Below, piece after piece: positions 57,495-64,000 of a stretch of 64,000 nucleotides of DNA. A program made the translations under genes and the position numbers. Source of the stretch: an uncultured Bdellovibrionales bacterium (GTDB taxonomy: Bacteria > Patescibacteriota > Minisyncoccia > Moranbacterales > UBA1568). The number at the start of each line of letters is the position of its first letter. Within the stretch, counting starts at the first letter, position 1. The notes below the pieces were generated by a model, which ran no database searches, had not been told where the DNA came from, and saw only the letters and a list, made by a program, of their open reading frames with translations. The stretch covers positions 103,638 through 167,637 of the forward strand of contig CAZQLN010000001.1 in the NCBI GenBank assembly GCA_964594215.1. Reading direction: 5' to 3'.

Positions 57495-59388
57495 TAGTAT
57501 AAAAAGGTGAGAGTTTAATCAGAGCTTCCTCAAAGCTCGGGGGCAGCGGTTCGAGTATACGTAACAGGACGGTGGCGTTTTTACGGAGAGAGAGTTTTTT
57601 GTTTTCGGGGAGAGCTATTTTGCATTCAGGAAAGGTAGTCTCTAGGGCTTTGAGAGCTAGGGCAGCTTTTTTCTCTCCGGGGGCAGCGAGAGCATTCTTA
57701 GTCAGGGCGAAAGTAGTACTTGCTGGTGGGTATCCGAGAGCAATCCGATCTTCAAGAAGTCCGAGAGCAATAGTTTGGTAGTCTTTTTCTTCTAAACTTC
57801 TTAAGAAGTGATGCTCCGGTTCAAAGGTCTGGATGACGAGTTTTGGGAGATTCTTTCCAGTGCCTGCTCCAAGTTTGGTAATAGTTTGTAAAAAGCGCTC
57901 ATTTCCGCGAAAATCTATGTCAGAAAGAGCATTATCCGCGTCAATCATAGCAACCAAAGCAAGATTGGGCAAGGGAAATTTTTTCTCTAGCATGTGGGTG
58001 CCGACAGCGATTCCGATCTTACCTGAGACAAGCTTTTGGTACGTTTGAGTCAGGTCTTTGTGCTTGCGGATAGTCTCTCCATCAAAACGAGCTATTTGAG
58101 AATAGGGGAAAAGTTTTTGCAGTTCTTTTTCTATTTTTTCACTTCCAATACCACGTTGCCAAAATACAAGGTGACCACAGTTATGACAGCTTGGAAACAG
58201 ACTTGTCTGATAATCACAGCCCGGACAGGTGTAGCGACCATTCTTGTCTTCACGGAGAGCATGAGTAGTCTTAGGACAGCGGAAGATTTTTTTGCAACCA
58301 GCGCAGACTGAATACGAAGCGATACCACGCTGAGGCACGATCACCAGAGCCTGCTTACCTGCCTTGAGGGTTTCAAGAAGAGTAGTGCGAAGTTCTTCGC
58401 TGATTGGGGAAAAGTTTTTGCGGTAGCGTTCGAGACGGAGATTGATCAGAGTGGCATTGGAGAGTACGGGAGTAGAGGGCGGAGCTTGGAGTAATAGAAG
58501 ATTCTTGCTCTGTATTTCATAAAAACTTTCCAGACTTGGTGAGTTGGTAGTGTACAGGAGTTTAGCTTGGTGAAGTTGGCTAAGTGCTTTGGCTTCGAGG
58601 CGGGTATGATAACGAGGGCTCATGTCCCATTGTTTGTAGCCCTGGTCTTGTTCTTCAGTGATGATAATAGTGCCAAGCTCACTAAATGGTGCAAACAGAC
58701 CTTGGCGAGTAGCGAGAATGACAGTAGCTTCACCTGATTGAATACGCTTCCAATTACTTTTGTATTCTTTGGGTGTGAGATGACTGTGGAGAACAGCGAT
58801 AGTATAGGGTGAGAAATAGTTTTGAGCCTCCTCTTCGAGGGCCATGAGTTGGAGAATTTCTGGTACAAGGACCAAGGTTTGTTTATTCTTAAGATGAGTT
58901 TTCTTGGCCAGAGCAAAAGCAAACGTATTATTGAGCTGGTCATTGACATACAGGGCGGGCTTTTTTTGTTTCCAGAAACGCTCTAAAAGAGCCACTTCAT
59001 TTTTCTTAAGTAGCGGTACGTTAGCAGGCTCATGTACAAGCGGTGTATCAGCTAGCTTCTTAGCGGTTTTGGGAATGGCGTGGCGGAGGACTTTTCCAAG
59101 AGGAGTGAAGTTTGATTTAGCAATTTCTAGGCCGAAAGCAATCTGCTTTTCTGTTAATAGAGAAGCTTCTTTGGTATGAATGATACTTTTGATCCACACA
59201 GGAAAAGAGCCCTTTTTGGTAACACAGTCAGTACTGATGCCTTCTAGAGTTTGACTACCAAAAGGGATTTCTACCAAACTGCCAAAAGGAACAGGTGCTT
59301 CGCTTTTGTAAGTGAAGTAGGGTGAGCGGGTAAGGGGTAGAAGGGTCAGCGGGATGACTTCAACTTGGTAGGGGAATTTGGTAGGCAT
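57466..59388 (-). CDS. priA: primosomal protein N' (PriA) homolog with degenerate helicase ATPase motifs
   Basis: The N-terminal 3'-DNA-binding domain, the LVLVPEI motif and the Cys-rich zinc module (CAGCKK...CPGC...CHNCGH) are present, in the conserved priA-def-fmt order. Walker A is absent (FAFALAKKTHLK replaces GVTGSGKT), DEEH is TEEQ, and motif VI GRAGR is GAGTG. Confidence 0.7.
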   Translation of the reverse strand: MPTKFPYQVEVIPLTLLPLTRSPYFTYKSEAPVPFGSLVEIPFGSQTLEGISTDCVTKKGSFPVWIKSIIHTKEASLLTEKQIAFGLEIAKSNFTPLGKVLRHAIPKTAKKLADTPLVHEPANVPLLKKNEVALLERFWKQKKPALYVNDQLNNTFAFALAKKTHLKNKQTLVLVPEILQLMALEEEAQNYFSPYTIAVLHSHLTPKEYKSNWKRIQSGEATVILATRQGLFAPFSELGTIIITEEQDQGYKQWDMSPRYHTRLEAKALSQLHQAKLLYTTNSPSLESFYEIQSKNLLLLQAPPSTPVLSNATLINLRLERYRKNFSPISEELRTTLLETLKAGKQALVIVPQRGIASYSVCAGCKKIFRCPKTTHALREDKNGRYTCPGCDYQTSLFPSCHNCGHLVFWQRGIGSEKIEKELQKLFPYSQIARFDGETIRKHKDLTQTYQKLVSGKIGIAVGTHMLEKKFPLPNLALVAMIDADNALSDIDFRGNERFLQTITKLGAGTGKNLPKLVIQTFEPEHHFLRSLEEKDYQTIALGLLEDRIALGYPPASTTFALTKNALAAPGEKKAALALKALETTFPECKIALPENKKLSLRKNATVLLRILEPLPPSFEEALIKLSPFYTIDRHPLRFS

Positions 59389-59472
59389 AGCTCTATTGTA
59401 GCAGGGAAGGGGTGAGCAAGACAGTTGATTTTTCAGCTATTCTAAGGTAGGGTAGGGCTACACAAAACCTTT

Positions 59473-60024
59473 ATGCAGCCACGTTATCGTCGTCTTTTTA
59501 TTGGTATTCCAGTCTCGCCCCTCTTGAGAAAGCGTCTTTCTCGAGAGTTTTCGTCTTGGCCAGAAGAGGCTACTTTGCCGACTCGTACCGAAAATCTTCA
59601 CATCCTTCTTCATCACTTAGGGTTTCTCCTCGAGGATGATATTTTTGAGGTGACCGAAAAAATAGCTGAGGCTGTCAAAGATATTCAGGCTTTTGATATT
59701 GCTCTTGATCAGATCACACTTATGGAAAGTGCCGAGAATCCCAAGGAAATTTGGCTTACTGGTGGAGATAATGAAGAATTGTTATCACTCAAGCAGGCTC
59801 TTATTGAAGCTTTTACGAATAAGACGCATGGACTCAAAACTTTTAGCCCGCATGTTATTCTGGCTAAGATTAAGAAAAGTAAGTGGCTCAAGCTAGATCC
59901 GGCACCTACTGTAGAAAAACAGGTTAATTTCATTGAACCAGTCGATGAAGTAATACTCTACGAAAGTCTGACTATTGATGGTAAACGAACCTACGAAGCC
60001 ATCGACACCTTTCCGTTGCAATAA
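59473..60024 (+). CDS. 2H phosphoesterase superfamily protein, ThpR/LigT-like (RNA 2',3'-cyclic phosphodiesterase family)
   Basis: It aligns with E. coli ThpR: RLFIGIPVSP...ENLHILLHHLG and FSPHVILAK correspond to the two HxTx motifs, here HILL and HVIL. Confidence 0.6.
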   Translation: MQPRYRRLFIGIPVSPLLRKRLSREFSSWPEEATLPTRTENLHILLHHLGFLLEDDIFEVTEKIAEAVKDIQAFDIALDQITLMESAENPKEIWLTGGDNEELLSLKQALIEAFTNKTHGLKTFSPHVILAKIKKSKWLKLDPAPTVEKQVNFIEPVDEVILYESLTIDGKRTYEAIDTFPLQ

Positions 60025-60063
60025 AAAAGCGACCTTACCATTTGGTTCGGCCGCTCTTTTGTG
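60024..60063. terminator. putative weak intrinsic terminator between convergent genes
   Basis: An A6 tract, the imperfect hairpin AGCGACCTTACC-ATTT-GGTTCGGCCGCT and then CTTTTG. Confidence 0.3.
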
Positions 60064-60082
60064 AAGATTTCTTCGATTTAGA

Positions 60083-60400
60083 CTAGTGCTTCCTGGTTTC
60101 TCGCAATTTTGCTATTACGAGAAAAAGTACGAAAAGTGGAACAACGATGACAAACAGGGGCCAAAGTTTTCTCGCATTGTCAGCGTTGATAAGGAAAAGA
60201 ACATTCCACATAGCCGACCCTCCAAAAAGGCTGGCAAAGGCGCCCAGTTTGATTCTTGTGGCCCTGGCTTCGGCTGCTCGATACCCACTGAGACTGAAAC
60301 CTTGGTTGGAATGAGAGCTTCTCCGGGCGAGTGTCTTTTTCATCCTTTGTCTCCCTCGTGAAGATGTGGCAGGAACTGATAGCTGGTATACTAGGGTCAT
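60083..60400 (-). CDS. hypothetical small membrane protein
   Basis: The 105 aa ORF has a C-terminal TM helix (LWPLFVIVVPLFVLFLVIAKL). A competing 91 aa ORF lies on the + strand, so the call is uncertain. Confidence 0.3.
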   Translation of the reverse strand: MTLVYQLSVPATSSRGRQRMKKTLARRSSHSNQGFSLSGYRAAEARATRIKLGAFASLFGGSAMWNVLFLINADNARKLWPLFVIVVPLFVLFLVIAKLRETRKH

Positions 60401-60409
60401 AGACCCCTT

Positions 60410-61075
60410 ATGTCAATACAGATACTTGGAGTTTCATTTATGCCGCTGACCAAAGAGGTTGTGCTGAATCAAGCGCAAGAGTCTTTGGCATCTCAGAAAA
60501 ACCTACGCATCGCTACGGTTAATCCAGAGTATTTATTGGCAGGGCAGGGGAATGAGCGATTTCAGGAAAGTCTAAAAAAAGCCGATCTACGTCTAGTCGA
60601 TGGCTTCGGTATTCAATTTGTAAGTTGGCTACGAGGAGTGCGCTTGTCTCGAGTGACGGGAGCGGAGCTTTTACCAGAGCTTCTCACTTTGTCAGAGCAA
60701 CAAAATATTCCAGTGGTGATTTACAACAAGTCTGGGGGATTGAGTAGCGAGCAAGATATTACTCTGGTCCTAGAAAAAAAATATCCGCATCTTCAGGTGC
60801 ACTATAATACAGAATTAATAGAATACAGCTTGGTTCTCTGTAATTATGGAGCACCGGAACAAGAATTACTTCTTGATACTCTGGAGACTCCTAGTATCAA
60901 GATAGGAGTTGGAGGAGCACTGGATTATCTGACGGGTAAACAATCACGAGCTCCATTGTTTCTCCAGAACAGTGGCCTCGAATGGCTTTGGCGACTCATT
61001 CACCAACCCAAGCGTCTTAAGCGCATATGGAGAGCGGTTGTTATTTTCCCTCTACGTGCACTATTCTCCAAATAA
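60410..61075 (+). CDS. WecG/TagA/CpsF-family (GT26) glycosyltransferase
   Basis: The start ILGVSF...NLRIATVNPEYLL and the motifs LVDGFGIQF and EWLWRL are GT26 features. Confidence 0.75.
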   Translation: MSIQILGVSFMPLTKEVVLNQAQESLASQKNLRIATVNPEYLLAGQGNERFQESLKKADLRLVDGFGIQFVSWLRGVRLSRVTGAELLPELLTLSEQQNIPVVIYNKSGGLSSEQDITLVLEKKYPHLQVHYNTELIEYSLVLCNYGAPEQELLLDTLETPSIKIGVGGALDYLTGKQSRAPLFLQNSGLEWLWRLIHQPKRLKRIWRAVVIFPLRALFSK

Positions 61076-61096
61076 TGCCATAATAGAGCCATATAA

Positions 61097-62602
61097 ATGC
61101 AAAATATGTCTAATATTAAACCCCGAGTCCGTTTCGCACCATCTCCCACTGGTTATCTCCATGTGGGGGGTCTACGTACTGCTCTCTACAACTATCTCTT
61201 TGCTCATAAGCATGGGGGAACATATATTCTGCGTATCGAAGACACTGATCAATCTCGCTTGGTAGAGGATGCCACTTTGAAGCTAGTTCAGTCTCTTGAT
61301 CATATGGGAGTCAGCGCTTCTGAAGGAGTGTTCTATGAAAAAGGCATAATAGAGAAAGGCGACAAAGGACCTTATCAACAATCTAAGCGTCTTTCAATTT
61401 ATCGTGAGTATGTTGATAAGCTAGTAGCTAGTAGCCATGCTTACCCATGCTTTTGTACCGTTGAACGTCTTGATACTCTCCGTAAAGAACAGATGGCTAA
61501 TAAGCAAGCTCCAAAATACGATAAACACTGTGCCAACTTATCAAAAGTTGATGTACAAACACTACTCGATGCCGAGGCTCCACATGTGATTCGTCTCGAC
61601 GTCACTCCGGGTGTAGATATAACTTTCCAAGATCTGGTTCGTGGCGAAGTGCGTATCAATACCAAAGAAGTTGATGACCAAGTCCTACTTAAGACTGATG
61701 GTTTTCCGACCTACCATCTTGCCAATGTCGTCGACGACTATCTTATGGGCATCACCCATGTGATTCGTGGTGAGGAGTGGCTACCGAGTACACCGAAACA
61801 TGTTTTGTTGTATCAGGCTTTTGGTTGGGATATCCCTGAGTTTGCTCATCTTCCATTACTTCTCAATCCTGACAAGAGCAAGCTCTCTAAGCGTCAGGGT
61901 GATGTAGCGGTAGAAGATTATCTCGCCAAAGGTTATCTCGAAGAAGCTCTTATCAATTTCGTCGCTCTTCTTGGTTGGAATCCGGGCGAAGGGAGTGTTC
62001 AAGAAATTTTCAGTTTAGAGGAACTCATTCAAGCCTTTGACCTTGCGCATGTCCATAAGGGGGGAGCAGTATTTGATCACAAGAAGCTCGATTGGATGAA
62101 TAGCGAGTATATCAAGAAGCTTTCTCTTGATGAGCTCTATTCTCGTATCAAAGTCGGCGGCTGGTTCGCCAAAGAACTCATTGCAGAGGCACCAGAAAAC
62201 ATGCAAACCGAAGCGTATCTCAAGAAAGTTTTGGCCATCGAACAAGAACGTCTTTCACAACTCTCTCTAGTAGGAGATGAGAATCCTTTTTTCTTCCAAG
62301 AACACCTCACCTACGAAAAAAGTTTGCTTACCTGGAAAGAAAACACTGATGACATGACTCGAGAAGCTCTCACTAAGGCAATCAGTATCTTGGAAACTTT
62401 TTCAGATGATCAGTGGGAAGACAAAACTTTTATTGAAACCACTCTTCTTGAGGCAGCAGCGGATAAGAAGGGGGATTTCCTTTGGCCACTCCGTGTCGCT
62501 CTCTCTGGAGCCCAGAAATCACCTTCACCTTTTGAAATTCTCTTTGTTTTAGGTAAAGATACCTCTCTCAAGCGTCTCGAGACTGCCTTAGGGCTCTTCT
62601 AA
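61097..62602 (+). CDS. gltX: glutamyl-tRNA synthetase
   Basis: The HIGH-region is RFAPSPTGYLHVGGLRTAL and the KMSKS-type motif is KLSKR. The length is 501 aa. Confidence 0.9.
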   Translation: MQNMSNIKPRVRFAPSPTGYLHVGGLRTALYNYLFAHKHGGTYILRIEDTDQSRLVEDATLKLVQSLDHMGVSASEGVFYEKGIIEKGDKGPYQQSKRLSIYREYVDKLVASSHAYPCFCTVERLDTLRKEQMANKQAPKYDKHCANLSKVDVQTLLDAEAPHVIRLDVTPGVDITFQDLVRGEVRINTKEVDDQVLLKTDGFPTYHLANVVDDYLMGITHVIRGEEWLPSTPKHVLLYQAFGWDIPEFAHLPLLLNPDKSKLSKRQGDVAVEDYLAKGYLEEALINFVALLGWNPGEGSVQEIFSLEELIQAFDLAHVHKGGAVFDHKKLDWMNSEYIKKLSLDELYSRIKVGGWFAKELIAEAPENMQTEAYLKKVLAIEQERLSQLSLVGDENPFFFQEHLTYEKSLLTWKENTDDMTREALTKAISILETFSDDQWEDKTFIETTLLEAAADKKGDFLWPLRVALSGAQKSPSPFEILFVLGKDTSLKRLETALGLF

Positions 62603-62638
62603 AGCTTTTTGTGTCTAGTAAAAACTGGTTTTTCATGG

Positions 62639-62644
62639 TATAAT
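62639..62644 (+). promoter_or_regulatory. -10-like TATAAT hexamer 9 nt upstream of the M23 peptidase ATG (possible leaderless transcript)
   Basis: TATAAT at 62639-62644 precedes the ATG at 62654. Confidence 0.2.
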
Positions 62645-62653
62645 CGATGTACT

Positions 62654-63925
62654 ATGAAAGCTCAGAAACCGTTCTCTTCGCTACAATTTCTTCTTTTGCT
62701 GGTCATTGTCGGAGCAGGGGGTTTTGCTCTAGGTCAGGTGGCTGTTTACGGAGCAGACAGCGTTTCCCAATTGAGTAGTGATGCCAAGAAACGAGCTGAT
62801 GACTTGCAAGCTCTTGATGACAAACTCAAAGCTCAAATCAAAGCCTACGAAAATATTATCGAACTCAAAAACCGTCAGGGAGCAACACTTGATGATCAGA
62901 TCAAAGCCCTTGATGCCCAAGCAAGCAAACTCGAACTTGAGATAGAAGAAAACAAAAGGAAATCAGAAGCCCTACACAGTGATATCCAATCTCTCTCTTC
63001 TCGTGTAGCTGAGAAGACAGCACTTGTAGATCAGCAAAAGCAAATTCTTTCCGAGATCATGCGCCAGTACCAGTCGCAGTACTCAAGTGATATCTCACCT
63101 TTTCTCCTCACTGCTGATGAGAGTGTCTCATACTTCAATCAAAATTCTTGGAACAATGACTTAGGAGATAAACTAAGTGATATTTTGAGTTCCGTCAAAG
63201 ACCTGCGTGAGGATCTCGTGAAAGAACAGGATGCCTTGGAGAATAAGAAGAAGCTAGCGGATACGCTTCAGAGCCAGCTGGCTGACCGTAATGACTATCT
63301 GGAGTCTACCAAGAACAACAAAGCAGCGTTGTTGAATAAGACGACAGCCGAGGCTGATAAGTATGAGAACCTAGTCGATGATCTTCAGAAACAGCGTGAA
63401 GAGATTGATTCTGAAATTGAAGATATCGAAGCCGGTAAGATCAATAGTCTAGCCGATCTCCCAAAGTACAAGAAAGGACTTCTCGATTATCCAGTAAAGA
63501 GTGTACGTATTAGTCAGGGATACGGTAAGACGAGTTTTTCTGGCAAAGCCTATGCTAGTGGTAAACACAATGGTCTCGACTTCGCTGGTTCTGCGGGAAC
63601 TACTCTCATGGCTGCAGCCAGTGGCCGGGTAGTTGGTACAGGTGACCTCGGCAAATATGCCTATGGCCGCTGGGTAGCGATTGATCATGGGAATGGTATC
63701 GTGACGCTCTATGGTCACATGCGAAGAATCACTACTACTCGAGGAGCGACAGTCAAACAGGGTGACAAGATTGGAGAAATGGGAAGTACAGGATATTCTA
63801 CCGGTACTCATGTTCACTTCACAGTATTTGCCGCGAGTTCATACGAACTTCTACCGTCCACCAAAGTCAAAGGCCTCCGCATCCCAGTTGGCGCTACGGT
63901 GAACCCAAGCGTGTACCTTCCTTAA
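62654..63925 (+). CDS. M23-family peptidoglycan metalloendopeptidase with N-terminal signal anchor and long coiled-coil (EnvC-like)
   Basis: It has an N-terminal TM helix and about 250 aa of heptad-rich coil. M23 motifs are HNGLDFAG, HGNGIVTLYGHM and GTHVHF. Confidence 0.8.
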   Translation: MKAQKPFSSLQFLLLLVIVGAGGFALGQVAVYGADSVSQLSSDAKKRADDLQALDDKLKAQIKAYENIIELKNRQGATLDDQIKALDAQASKLELEIEENKRKSEALHSDIQSLSSRVAEKTALVDQQKQILSEIMRQYQSQYSSDISPFLLTADESVSYFNQNSWNNDLGDKLSDILSSVKDLREDLVKEQDALENKKKLADTLQSQLADRNDYLESTKNNKAALLNKTTAEADKYENLVDDLQKQREEIDSEIEDIEAGKINSLADLPKYKKGLLDYPVKSVRISQGYGKTSFSGKAYASGKHNGLDFAGSAGTTLMAAASGRVVGTGDLGKYAYGRWVAIDHGNGIVTLYGHMRRITTTRGATVKQGDKIGEMGSTGYSTGTHVHFTVFAASSYELLPSTKVKGLRIPVGATVNPSVYLP

Positions 63926-63939
63926 AACCGTAGGATAAT

Positions 63940-64000
63940 ATGAAACACCTGATACGGACACGGTTTGCGAAAGATATTGTGGCGGAAGTACAGTTGCCTG
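63940..64000 (+). CDS. 5' fragment of an unidentified gene (continues off-window)
   Basis: An ATG 4 nt after AGGA begins MKHLIRTRFAKDIVAEVQLP, in a frame open to the window end. Confidence 0.3.
   Translation, partial: MKHLIRTRFAKDIVAEVQLP

Noticed and set aside
60086-60361. The + strand 91 aa ORF between thpR and tagA
   Set aside because: It competes with the minus-strand 105 aa ORF that has a plausible TM helix and follows a convergent terminator. Its composition (KKYEKWNNDDKQG) looks non-protein-like. Neither call is strong.
1-64000. CRISPR arrays, rRNA or tRNA genes, IS elements or prophage
   Set aside because: No regularly spaced direct repeats were seen. No transposase, integrase or recombinase-like ORFs or terminal inverted repeats were recognised. 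The intergenic regions are too short for structured RNAs apart from terminators.
1-64000. Alternative genetic code (TGA recoded as Gly, as in some small-genome lineages)
   Set aside because: TGA terminates many ORFs exactly where homology to known families ends (for example 13671, 29716, 27743, 11837), and no family-conserved domain is interrupted by in-frame TGA.

Overview
This 64 kb window is densely coded and low-GC, with no rRNA, tRNA, CRISPR array, transposase or integrase recognisable by eye, and TGA is used as a normal stop. The architecture is small-genome-like: overlapping gene junctions, frequent non-ATG or weak-SD starts, and a few -10-like hexamers sitting 8-10 nt upstream of start codons.

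Positions 1 to ~53.7 kb form one very large cell-envelope glycan biosynthesis and decoration island. It holds about ten GT4 and eight GT2 glycosyltransferases. Eight large polytopic GT-C-like (ArnT/PMT/YfhO-like) membrane glycosyltransferase paralogs are present, one of them frameshifted. Six class I SAM methyltransferases are present, three with an N-terminal Cys4 zinc ribbon. There are two UDP-sugar 6-dehydrogenases and an AsnB-type amidotransferase. Transport and attachment functions include two MOP/Wzx-like flippases, a GtrA-like protein, a DUF2304 protein, an O-antigen-ligase-like protein and an LCP-family glycopolymer-to-peptidoglycan ligase. Sugar-activation genes include a HAD phosphatase, an NTP-transferase and a CofD/YvcK-like domain fused to a GT2. 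Embedded in the island are a thymidylate-kinase-like P-loop kinase and an RtcB RNA ligase.

The last ~10 kb is housekeeping: an S41 C-terminal processing protease, a tandem rhodanese-like protein, the conserved priA-def-fmt run, a ThpR/LigT-like 2H phosphoesterase, a TagA/WecG GT26 transferase, gltX and an M23 peptidase. The priA copy has degenerate helicase ATPase motifs.

The most interesting structure is the repeated three-part modules of Dpm1/GtrB-like GT2, a small membrane protein (GtrA or DUF2304) and a GT-C enzyme. These imply several polyprenyl-phosphate-sugar-dependent extracytoplasmic glycosylation systems, one of them associated with a CofC/CofD-like nucleotidyl/phospho-transfer pair.
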